A stretch of DNA of 32,000 bases, taken from Candidatus Methanophagaceae archaeon (GTDB lineage Archaea; Halobacteriota; Syntropharchaeia; Alkanophagales; Methanospirareceae). The notes beneath the pieces are model-generated. The model ran no database searches. It was given only the letters and a program-made list of their open reading frames with translations, and was not told where the DNA came from. Position numbers and translations under genes: made by a program. The stretch is taken from assembly GCA_003194425.1 (NCBI GenBank), contig PQXB01000001.1, positions 880,444-912,443 of the forward strand, written 5' to 3'. This document shows, in pieces, positions 16,236 to 23,916 of this stretch. Position 1 is the stretch's first letter. Each line of letters starts with the position of its first letter.

Positions 16236-17470
16236 TTCCTTCTCCCCTCCAAACCCTTACTCACAAGTTCCACAACATCATAAATTTTCATTCCTTTCCC
16301 CTCCTTCTCCTCTCCCTCTTTTTCTGTCTCTTCTCTTTCCTCTGCCTCTCTCTCCGCCGCTTCCTTCAAATTCCTCTTGCAGAACGGGCAGGCACTGACA
16401 AGTGCTTCTGCACCCGCTGCCCTTGCTTCTTTCACCCGTTCCCCTGCACACCACAACGCGAACTCGTCAAACGCTGACTTCACACCACCGCCGGAACCGC
16501 AGCACCACGCCTGCTCCCGCTCCCTCTTCATTTCCTTCACCTTCTCTCCCGCAACCTCTTTTAAAACCGCTCTCGGCTCTTCGTAAATCCCCAAATCCCT
16601 GCCCAAATGGCACGGGTCGTGGTAAGCCACCGCCATTCCCAACTTCTTCACCTCCAACCCGCCACCACTGCTCTCGTCGCCGTCGCTGCCTCCCTCGCCC
16701 TCTCCCAGCCCTGCCAAGAACTGCGTGGAATGCACCAGCTCAACACCCAGCTCAGGATAATTCTTCTTGAAGGTATTCAAACACCCGGGGCAAGTGAAAA
16801 CAACGGTCTTTGCACCGCTATTTTTTATCACCTCGCTGTTGTGTGCCACGAGTTCCTTCGCGGCTTCTACCTGTCCTGTCCTGAGTAAGACCGAGCCACA
16901 GCACCACTCCTCGCCCAGCACTTGATATTTTATCCCTAGTTTATCAAAAATTTCCAGCATCGCATCTGCAATCTCCGGCACCCGGTAGCGAGCAGTGCAG
17001 CCGATGAAATAAAGAACCTCCGCATTCTCGTTGGTTGATTTCGCACCGTCCCTGTATTTCTGCCTCTCCCCGTACGCATTCCTCGTCTCTTTTATCTTCT
17101 CCGCGATTTCTCTGTGAACGCTAAGAGACCACCCCTTCCTCACCAGCTCCCCCCGCAGTTCCTCAAACAGTTCGGGCAACCGCATTTCCACGCTCGTAAC
17201 CTGCCTACACTTCTCGTAACACGCCCCACAGAGCGTGCAAGCGTAGACTGACTTCAACAGCCCCTCCGAAGACTCGGTCAGCCCGCCTTCCAAAATCTCC
17301 CTGAAAATCTCCAACTTCCCGGGCGCGTAGAACGCCTGGTAGCCGTAAAATTCTCCACTCGGGCACAAAGGCTGCCACTCCTCAGCCGGGTGGAAATTCG
17401 CAATGCTGCAGAGCTTACACTTGACGCAGTGCTGAATTGCACTTAAAATCTCCTCCCTTTCCTGTCCCAT
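16232..17470 (-). CDS. Fe-S oxidoreductase with two CCG domains (HdrD/GlcF/LutA-like)
   Basis: The 412-aa product has two ferredoxin-type motifs, CVKCKLCS...CP and CTLCGACYEKC. Two CCG-type cysteine motifs follow (FIGCTARY...WCCGS and YHDPCHLGR...WCCGSGGG). It has an acidic low-complexity insert (EGEGGSDGDESSGGG) and an acidic tail. Confidence 0.85.
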   Translation of the reverse strand: MGQEREEILSAIQHCVKCKLCSIANFHPAEEWQPLCPSGEFYGYQAFYAPGKLEIFREILEGGLTESSEGLLKSVYACTLCGACYEKCRQVTSVEMRLPELFEELRGELVRKGWSLSVHREIAEKIKETRNAYGERQKYRDGAKSTNENAEVLYFIGCTARYRVPEIADAMLEIFDKLGIKYQVLGEEWCCGSVLLRTGQVEAAKELVAHNSEVIKNSGAKTVVFTCPGCLNTFKKNYPELGVELVHSTQFLAGLGEGEGGSDGDESSGGGLEVKKLGMAVAYHDPCHLGRDLGIYEEPRAVLKEVAGEKVKEMKREREQAWCCGSGGGVKSAFDEFALWCAGERVKEARAAGAEALVSACPFCKRNLKEAAEREAEEREETEKEGEEKEGKGMKIYDVVELVSKGLEGRRK

Positions 17471-17552
17471 TTTCTACTTCCCTCTTAAGTAATTTTACTC
17501 CTCCTTTTAATTAAATTAACTTTTTAATTAAATTATCTTGTTCTATTTTTCT

Positions 17553-18953
17553 TTATTTTCTTCTTTGTCCCCTCCGCCTTCTTCGCCTCGTCCCAACCCA
17601 CCCGAGCAACACAGCGGCGAAGCAAAGACCAAGAACTACGACAAAGAGCATTTGATTCGGTAGCCCTTTCTTCTGCGGCTCTTTCACTTCTACAACCACC
17701 TCGTAGCCCGGGCTTTCGTACCTGTCGTCAGTGTCTGCATCTTTAAAGACCAGTCTGAACGGTATTTTAAAGTCCCCTCTCTGCGAACTGCCTGTGTAAA
17801 GATCAAAGGAAGCCGAGAAAACATCCCCTTCTTCCATATCTCCAATAAAACATTCTGAAGGCAGAATCCTGACCCCGTCTGCCCCTACTCCTGCTCCTTC
17901 TCCTGCCGCTGGCGCTACTGGCAACACAGGAACTACCGAAACCGCCTTAACCTCCTTCGACATACCGTTCGCCACATCAAACTCTAGCTTCGCAATCTCG
18001 CCTCTGAAGACCGACTCGGGTGCGTTCACGAGGATGAGTTTCACATCTGCATCGCTCCTTACCTCAACCGACGACTCAAACTCGTTGGAATGCCGATTTT
18101 CACCGTTCTTGTACTCCACCTCAAACTCAAACCCACTTTTGCTTTTGTTCAAACTTAAACCTTTCCTAAAAGTTTGCAGAGTGAAGTTCAGTTCCCTCTT
18201 TTCAAACGCGCCCAAGTCTCCGACGAAGATTCGCTCGGGCGTGAATTCTAATTCTTCGTTCTCAGATTTCACGAGCACGCTCACGCCACTCACTGAATTC
18301 GGTCGGTTGTTCGCTACAATTATTTTTATTTGCCTTGACTCGCTGGCCGAAATCTCCGACGGAATGTCGCTCTCAAGAATTTCCACGCCACTGCTGTCCA
18401 CTCTTACAGGGACAGGAAACCGCACATCTCTTCCGTTCTTCACTTCTACGCAGACTTCGGGGAAGTAAGTGCGGTCGCCGCGCGCGTGGGCAGCGGCTTT
18501 TATCGGCAGCGAGATTTTAATGCTTTCGTCGGCTCCCAGAGCGCCCAGATTGTAGAATTCGGAGCGTTGCAGACCGTCCCGCAGCCATTCAATCTCTTTA
18601 CTGCTGCTGCTCAGCCGAACAGTCTCTATTTCGGCACTAATGCTTCTGGTTGAGATGGTCGTCTTTTTTGAGGTATAGGACGGGTTCTCAACGGTTTCCT
18701 CGGTCTCTGACGACTGCGTGTCCATATTTTTTATCGTTACGGTAATTGTCCCTCTGTCGCCGGGCATCAAGACCTCCGGCTCCACCTCGTAGCGCGTAAT
18801 CATAACCGCAGGTCCCTCGCCCACCGCAACCGCAGCCGAGACTGAACCCGCAACCGCTGCCACCGCTACAAACAAAAGGACTGCACTAAAGACCGTTGCA
18901 ATCCAAACTTTCGTCTCGCTCATTTTTTCTCTTTTTTCTTCTCTCCATTTCAA
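17553..18953 (-). CDS. Membrane-anchored cell-surface protein of unknown function (repeated beta-sandwich, CARDB/S-layer-domain-like)
   Basis: The 466-aa product has an N-terminal signal/anchor (VWIATVFSAVLLFVAVAAVAGSVSA). Its repeated segments (for example GDRGTITVTIKN, IKIIVANNRPNSVSGVSVLV, EIAKLEFDVANG) are typical of Ig-like surface modules. The C-terminus is a TM helix followed by RRRRRRGQRRK. The function is not recognisable. Confidence 0.6.
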   Translation of the reverse strand: MKWREEKREKMSETKVWIATVFSAVLLFVAVAAVAGSVSAAVAVGEGPAVMITRYEVEPEVLMPGDRGTITVTIKNMDTQSSETEETVENPSYTSKKTTISTRSISAEIETVRLSSSSKEIEWLRDGLQRSEFYNLGALGADESIKISLPIKAAAHARGDRTYFPEVCVEVKNGRDVRFPVPVRVDSSGVEILESDIPSEISASESRQIKIIVANNRPNSVSGVSVLVKSENEELEFTPERIFVGDLGAFEKRELNFTLQTFRKGLSLNKSKSGFEFEVEYKNGENRHSNEFESSVEVRSDADVKLILVNAPESVFRGEIAKLEFDVANGMSKEVKAVSVVPVLPVAPAAGEGAGVGADGVRILPSECFIGDMEEGDVFSASFDLYTGSSQRGDFKIPFRLVFKDADTDDRYESPGYEVVVEVKEPQKKGLPNQMLFVVVLGLCFAAVLLGWVGTRRRRRRGQRRK

Positions 18954-18980
18954 GTCGCTGTCTTTATCTAATAAAAGGTA

Positions 18981-19020
18981 CTTAAATACCTTTCCTAAAA
19001 CTTAAATACCTTTCCTAAAA
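18981..19020. repeat. 20-bp perfect tandem duplication (cttaaatacctttcctaaaa x2) in the promoter region of the surface-protein gene
   Basis: Direct reading. On the gene's strand each copy reads ttttaggaaaggtatttaag, a TATA-like element. The proximal copy lies about 28-47 bp upstream of ATG 18953. Confidence 0.85.
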
Positions 19021-19178
19021 AGAAGACGCAAAAAAGGGATTGTAGGGATTTTGGTAGAGTTTGAGCGACCGGTTGGTTTTGAATTTATGGAACTTGCGGA
19101 CGCTGTTGGGCAAAAGAGTGAACAGGCTCAAAGAAGTCGCAAAATGCGTATTCGCAGCACTGCCAAACTCAATCTAAA

Positions 19179-19239
19179 CACAATTTTATATAAAAAATAA
19201 GAAGGAGGAAGGGAGAGGACAAACCCCTCTCTCCTTTCC
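19179..19239 (-). terminator. Putative terminator downstream of fwdC (hairpin plus T-tract)
   Basis: An imperfect inverted repeat, ggaagggagagg / cctctctcctttcc (19207-19239, about 7-nt loop), lies immediately after the fwdC stop. On the transcribed strand it is followed by TTATTTTTTATAT. Confidence 0.45.
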
Positions 19240-20064
19240 TCACTTCACAAAAAGCACACCCTTCGCCTTCCGCTCGGTCATTGCGAGGTCGCCGATGTAT
19301 TTCTTGTATTCTCCGCCGTCCTCTCCTACTGTCGTCTCTACAAGCCTGAACGAGGGCATTCTGTCCAGCACCTTGCCCTTCACCGTTATTTCACCGCCCG
19401 TCATATCCGCACCAGGCATCACCGCGTCGCCTTCAATTGTTATCTTTCCGCCCTGCATATTCAGCCCTGCAAGCATTCCAGCGTTCCCTTTTATCAGGAT
19501 TTCGCCGCCCGCCATGTACTGCCCGGCACACTCGTCTGCGTTCCCGCCAACGACGACCTTACCGCCCGTCATTCCTGTCATCTCGCCGCGGTACATCGCA
19601 CACAAGTTCGCCCCCGCGTCTCCTTCAATCACTAGCTCGCCTCCTTTCATCTCACGACCTGCCCAGCAGTCTGCGTTCCCTCTTACCGTTATTTTACCGC
19701 CCTGCATCATCGCACCGCAGTGCATATCCACGTCCCCGTTCGCCTCGATCTCGCCTGCTTTCATTCCGTCTCCGATGTGCTTCACCCGCGACAAGTCGCC
19801 CTCAAACACAACCTTCACCTCGTCCGCACTCGCTGCTGCCTCTTCTCCTTCTCCCTCTCCCTCTTCTCCTTCCACGCTCACCTCGAACAGGTCGCCAGTC
19901 TTCTCTTCGCGGTTGCCCCACCAGACCTTCACCGCTTTTATCTCCGCCTCGCTTTTTCCTGCAAGTTTGTCAGGCGTCAGCGAATCCGCCTCTACAGGAA
20001 CTCTCGCAACTCCGCCAACTCCACCCGAAACCTCGTCCTTTAACCTCAATTTTATCGTCTGCAT
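19240..20064 (-). CDS. fwdC: Formylmethanofuran dehydrogenase subunit C
   Basis: The 274-aa product has repeated G-rich beta-helix motifs (GDGMKAGEIEANGDVDMHCGAMMQGGKITVRGNADCWAGREMKGGELVIEGDAGANL ...) characteristic of FwdC/FmdC. It is the last gene of the fwdDBAC cluster. An acidic insert EGEEGEGEGEEAAASADE is encoded at 19819-19872. Confidence 0.9.
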   Translation of the reverse strand: MQTIKLRLKDEVSGGVGGVARVPVEADSLTPDKLAGKSEAEIKAVKVWWGNREEKTGDLFEVSVEGEEGEGEGEEAAASADEVKVVFEGDLSRVKHIGDGMKAGEIEANGDVDMHCGAMMQGGKITVRGNADCWAGREMKGGELVIEGDAGANLCAMYRGEMTGMTGGKVVVGGNADECAGQYMAGGEILIKGNAGMLAGLNMQGGKITIEGDAVMPGADMTGGEITVKGKVLDRMPSFRLVETTVGEDGGEYKKYIGDLAMTERKAKGVLFVK

Positions 20065-20070
20065 TTTTTA

Positions 20071-20142
20071 CTCCTCCTCCTTCACTTCAACTCCTTCACT
20101 TCAACTCCTTCACTTCAACTCCTTCACTTCAACTCCTTCTCT
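20071..20142 (-). repeat. Intercistronic tandem repeat, 14-bp unit (ctccttcacttcaa) in 4-5 copies between fwdA and fwdC
   Basis: Direct reading. On the mRNA strand it gives UUGAAGUGAAGGAG repeated, which is five GAAGGAG Shine-Dalgarno-like motifs before the fwdC AUG. Confidence 0.9.
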
Positions 20143-21867
20143 TCAGCCACTCCACGACGCCTTTATCTCGTACGGGTTCGGCACGTAAGCGTCCTGCACG
20201 GGGTAGTTGTTGAAATTCACCGAGTAGTAGTGCTCGAACTTGTCCTTCAATTTGACCAGCATTTCTTCAGTCAGCCCCTCGTCGCACTCGGGCGTCACGA
20301 AATAAGTCTTACCCGCCGGCGTCGCTACGACCTCGCCGTCCTTTACCACGACCTCACCGCCTTTTATCGTGTACTTCGTGTTCAAGAACGCTTTTTGGAT
20401 TTTCCCCGCGTCTCTCTCTTCTGGTGAAATGTCGTAAATCGCTACATCCGCGTCCGCTCCGACGCCGAGATGTCCTTTCCCGTGCTCGTGCAAGCCCAAC
20501 GCCTTCGCAGTCATTCCACGCGTGATTATCGCGATTTCGTTCAAGTCGTACTCGCGGTCGATTGAGGGCAGTGCCGCTCGCTTGAAGATCGCGGAGTGCA
20601 TCTCTTCTGCAGCCTCGTCCCGCCGTTTCTTGCTCATCAGCATCGAAATGAGAATCGGGTAGCCGATGAACGGCCCCGCGTTCGGGTGGTCGGTCGTGAG
20701 TGCGACTTTCCACGGGTCTTTGACAAGCAGCGCCAACTCCTGCCCAATCGCCCACTGAATCGTGTGCACCGAGACCTTCCCAGAGTAGAGGAACGGAGTT
20801 ATTCCCGAGCCGGTCTCGAGTTCGACATCGTGGTTCGTCCACTTGCGACCCGTCAGTTGGTGAAGGCTGTACTCCATCGGACCGTCCGCGGTCATCGTCG
20901 TCGTGTCGCCCAGAATCACCGAGCCGATGTCAATCGTGGCGTGCTCGTTTTGGTTTATGTAGTCCGAAATCGCGTCCGCTTTGGAGACGAAGTCGCCCCA
21001 GTTCGTGCCGCCGTAGGAGTGGAACTGCGTGTGCGTGGTGTGAATAACTTGGCGGTCTTTCGCAGTTTTTACGCCTTTCACGAGGTCGTAAGTCGCCTTT
21101 GTCACTTCGAAGTTGCCCGGATGCCCAAGCATATTCGTGTGTACGTGAATGCTGTGTGGCATCTCAAACCGCTCGTTCGCCTCTGCCAAACCCTTAATTA
21201 TTTCTGCAGGCGTGACATCAAAAGTAGGCACTGCGTCCGTCAAACCGCAGTTCTTGCCCCAACCCCAAGCCTCAGTTCCGCCCGGGTTCACGATTTTCAC
21301 GCCGAAGCCCTTCGTCGCTTTCATTATCCAGGCAACGTAAGCCGCGAGCAGGTCAGTGTCGCCGGTCTTCACATAATCCATCGTCATCCAGTTGTTGTCA
21401 ATGAGCGGCAGTGCAGCGTTGTCCAGAATCGGAATGTCCACCAACTCCTCGTGCGTGTGCCGTGCCGCGAGCGGTGGCATCGCCGCTTCCATCACGAAAG
21501 TGTAGCCCATCTTCGCGTACCTGTAGCCGGTCGCAAAAGTGTTCGGCACCGAGTAGCCTGACTGCACCCTGCAGACTTTCGTTCTTACTGCTACGCCTTT
21601 ACGACCGTCTTCTGGTCTGAAGAGCCGACCTGAATTGACTTTTCCGCCTGCGATGTGCGAGTGAATGTCCACACCGCCTGGCATCACAACCCTGCCCTCC
21701 GCGTCAATTACTTTCACATTCGGACTTTTCAACTCCGCCACTACTTTTCCGTCGCGAATGCAAATCTCCTTCTTCTCGCCCTTAACCCCGTTTATCGGGT
21801 CAAAGACCACTCCGTTTTTTATTAACAACTCACCTTCAGCCATTTTACTCACCCCTCCTTCAGCCAT
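20143..21867 (-). CDS. fwdA: Formylmethanofuran dehydrogenase subunit A (amidohydrolase fold)
   Basis: The 574-aa product contains MPGGVDIHSHIAGGKVN (a metal-binding HxH motif) and shows overall FwdA-like collinearity. It sits directly after fwdB (TAAAATG junction). A second in-frame ATG at 21843 arises from a 24-bp duplication. Confidence 0.92.
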   Translation of the reverse strand: MAEGGVSKMAEGELLIKNGVVFDPINGVKGEKKEICIRDGKVVAELKSPNVKVIDAEGRVVMPGGVDIHSHIAGGKVNSGRLFRPEDGRKGVAVRTKVCRVQSGYSVPNTFATGYRYAKMGYTFVMEAAMPPLAARHTHEELVDIPILDNAALPLIDNNWMTMDYVKTGDTDLLAAYVAWIMKATKGFGVKIVNPGGTEAWGWGKNCGLTDAVPTFDVTPAEIIKGLAEANERFEMPHSIHVHTNMLGHPGNFEVTKATYDLVKGVKTAKDRQVIHTTHTQFHSYGGTNWGDFVSKADAISDYINQNEHATIDIGSVILGDTTTMTADGPMEYSLHQLTGRKWTNHDVELETGSGITPFLYSGKVSVHTIQWAIGQELALLVKDPWKVALTTDHPNAGPFIGYPILISMLMSKKRRDEAAEEMHSAIFKRAALPSIDREYDLNEIAIITRGMTAKALGLHEHGKGHLGVGADADVAIYDISPEERDAGKIQKAFLNTKYTIKGGEVVVKDGEVVATPAGKTYFVTPECDEGLTEEMLVKLKDKFEHYYSVNFNNYPVQDAYVPNPYEIKASWSG

Positions 21868-21868
21868 T

Positions 21869-23200
21869 TTACTCTCCCTCCTTTCCTTCCTTCTCTTTTA
21901 TCGCCCGCACCTCTTGCAGTATTCGCTCCACAATCTCCTCGTCCGCCAAATACTCCGTCTCCACCAACTTCCGCAGCCTTATCGGGATATTGTCCATTCG
22001 GTAGACGTTCCCCTCTGCTTCTACACCGCTTACAGCAGCCGGAATCACAACATCCGCGAACTCGGTCGTCGGGTTCGGGAACGGGTCAATTTGAATTACC
22101 GGAATCTTGGCAAGGTGCCGCACCGACTCGCCAGGGAAATGCGCTCCGGGGTCGGAGGCGATAATTAACGCCGCGTCGCACTCACGCCGAATCAGGAGGT
22201 CAGTAGCAGAGAGTTCGCCGGGGTTGTACCACGGGTAGCCGCGGGAGAGGTCAACCGCGAACGGAAACCCAGTCTCCCAAGTGCAGACCTGGTTAATTCC
22301 CGCCACATTGTAGTGCCCTCGCATCGGCATTATGCTGAACTTGGTGTGCGTGTGAGCAGCGCGGGTCATTTGAATCGCGTTCACGATGTTGTTGTGCCTG
22401 CCGCCGGTGTGCGTCACACCCATTCCAAAGAAAGTCATTCCGAACTTCGCCTCTTTCATCATCTTCACCACCTCTAACAACTCCTCCTTTGAAACCCCTC
22501 CTACCTCGTCCGGCACCACATCCTCGTAGCCGTAGAGAAGCGCCCGCAGCGCCGAGAAGACCAAGTAGTCCTTGCCCTGCTCGATTTGTAGGAAGACGTC
22601 CGCCATCTTCGCGGTCGCGGTCTTCCGCACGTCAACAACAACGAGTTTCTTCGCCTTCTTCCCTTCCGCAGTCCAAAATCCCTTTGAGATGAACGAGTAC
22701 CGTTTCATATGATTTGCGTGCGCCGCGGCTGGGTTCGCACCCCAGTAAATCACGAGGTCTGCTCGGTTCTTCACCTCTCCAAGCGTGCAAGAAGGCAGCC
22801 CGACGTCCTGAATCGCCAGCACCGACGGACCGTGGCAGACCGAAGCCGTGTTGTCAATTACCGCCCCAATCTCTTCCGCGAGTTCAACGCCAACCTTGTC
22901 CGCCTCGCAGACCGTCGAACTCCAGCCGTACAAGAGCGGTCGCCTCGCAGCAGCCAAAATCTCCGCCGCCTTTTTTATCGCCTCGTCGTAAGAACACTCC
23001 CTCAGCTCGCCACTCTCTCCCTCTCCTTTCCTCTCTCGCACTGCGGGGCTTTTTATCCTTCCGTGCCCCATTAATTTGCTCTTCCCGACTGCACACGCCC
23101 CCTTCTTCACTTTCTTCACTTCGTTGTCCTCGACTTCTACGACGATGTCGTCGCAGACGCACCCGCACAACGAGCACACAACATCCGTAACTTCTCCCAT
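21869..23200 (-). CDS. fwdB: Formylmethanofuran dehydrogenase subunit B (molybdo/tungstopterin subunit, Cys type)
   Basis: The 443-aa product has an N-terminal Fe-S motif VCSLCGCVCDDI and molybdopterin oxidoreductase-like core blocks (NTASVCHGPS, GANPAAAH, DPFPNPT). There is no in-frame TGA, so the active-site residue is Cys rather than Sec. Confidence 0.92.
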   Translation of the reverse strand: MGEVTDVVCSLCGCVCDDIVVEVEDNEVKKVKKGACAVGKSKLMGHGRIKSPAVRERKGEGESGELRECSYDEAIKKAAEILAAARRPLLYGWSSTVCEADKVGVELAEEIGAVIDNTASVCHGPSVLAIQDVGLPSCTLGEVKNRADLVIYWGANPAAAHANHMKRYSFISKGFWTAEGKKAKKLVVVDVRKTATAKMADVFLQIEQGKDYLVFSALRALLYGYEDVVPDEVGGVSKEELLEVVKMMKEAKFGMTFFGMGVTHTGGRHNNIVNAIQMTRAAHTHTKFSIMPMRGHYNVAGINQVCTWETGFPFAVDLSRGYPWYNPGELSATDLLIRRECDAALIIASDPGAHFPGESVRHLAKIPVIQIDPFPNPTTEFADVVIPAAVSGVEAEGNVYRMDNIPIRLRKLVETEYLADEEIVERILQEVRAIKEKEGKEGE

Positions 23201-23306
23201 TTTTCTCCTTCTCCCTTCTTCTCCTTTCTCTTTTCGCCTTCCTTTTTTTGCCTTCCTTTTTGCCTTCCTTCTTTTCGCCTTTCTTTTTTCGCCTTTCTTT
23301 TCGCCT
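23201..23306 (-). repeat. Purine-rich repetitive intercistronic spacer between fwdD and fwdB
   Basis: The + strand is almost pure pyrimidine with reiterated ccttccttttt(g)cc and cgcctttctttt units. The mRNA therefore reads GGCGAAAAGAAA and GGCAAAAAGGAAGG repeats, ending in GGAGAAGAAGGGAGAAGGAGAAAAAUG. Confidence 0.8.
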
Positions 23307-23696
23307 TTACTCTTTGTAAGTCTGCATCAACTCCTTCACTCGCAAAACCTCCTCCTCCGTCTTCTCAACCTCCGCGTCAATTCCCTTGTAACTCGGCATC
23401 CCGGCACCGTGCGTCTCACCGCTAACGACCGCGTTCGCCCACGGTCCCATCGGAATAAAAGCAATCCCAGCTGGCGTCCCAGCGTTCTCCTTCGCCTTCA
23501 CTACCACTTCCCCGAAACTCGTCCGCACTTTCACCCTCGCCGCCGAATCGCCAGCAGCCACGCCCAGTCGCTCCAAATCCTCCTTGCTCATCTCACAGGT
23601 CGCCACCTCGTCAAAGTACTTCTCTGAGAGTTTGTTGTCCAGGTTCTGACCCTGCACAATCGTCCGCCCACTTATCAAATTCACTTTCGTCCCCAT
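23307..23696 (-). CDS. fwdD: Formylmethanofuran dehydrogenase subunit D (molydopterin dinucleotide-binding barrel)
   Basis: The product begins MGTKVNLISGRTIVQGQ and includes VKVRTSFGEVVVKAKENAGTPAGIAFIPMGPWAN. I chose the start at ATG 23696, which has AGGAGG 6-7 nt upstream. The ORF-track start at 23765 adds a basic 23-aa extension that is unlikely to be real. Confidence 0.85.
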   Translation of the reverse strand: MGTKVNLISGRTIVQGQNLDNKLSEKYFDEVATCEMSKEDLERLGVAAGDSAARVKVRTSFGEVVVKAKENAGTPAGIAFIPMGPWANAVVSGETHGAGMPSYKGIDAEVEKTEEEVLRVKELMQTYKE

Positions 23697-23779
23697 TTTC
23701 GTCCTCCTTTTTTCCTCTTTTTTATTTCTCACTGTTCTCTCTTTATTCGCTCTTAATTTATTCACTCACTCTCCTTTTA

Positions 23780-23810
23780 TTCTGACCACTATTTAAATAT
23801 TTCGGAATTT
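23780..23810 (-). promoter_or_regulatory. Putative TATA box region for the fwdDBAC operon
   Basis: On the minus strand the sequence reads gaaatatttaaatagtgg, an AT-rich TATA-like element in the secY-fwdD intergenic region, about 90-100 nt upstream of the fwdD ATG. Confidence 0.35.
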
Positions 23811-23916
23811 TTCTGCTGTGTTGAATAAATCGTAAAGTATTTTTTGTGAAAAGGAAAAAACCATAAAGTAGCCCTTTCAGCCAGCACTCTCGCTCTTCCC
23901 TGTCTCACTCACCCAC

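Noticed and set aside
18954-19239. Possible tRNA or small RNA in the 286-bp intergenic region (also in 7850-8002 and 23766-23916)
   Set aside because: I found no cloverleaf-compatible segments, no T-loop consensus (GTTCRANYC), and no conserved box C/D (TGATGA...CTGA) pairs. A small ncRNA cannot be excluded without covariance-model searches.
19295-20213. Plus-strand ORFs of 297 aa and 258 aa
   Set aside because: They are antisense to fwdC and the fwdA 3' end. Their composition is S/P/T/L-rich, which makes them shadow ORFs.
21869-23200. Selenocysteine-type FwdB
   Set aside because: The frame is uninterrupted with no in-frame TGA, and a Cys is present in the NTASVCHGPS block. This is the Cys-type enzyme.
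23697-23765. Longer fwdD start (MNKLRANKERTVRNKKEEKRRTK...)
   Set aside because: The extension is a translation of the purine-rich leader. The internal ATG 23696 has a well-placed AGGAGG and gives the canonical FwdD N-terminus.
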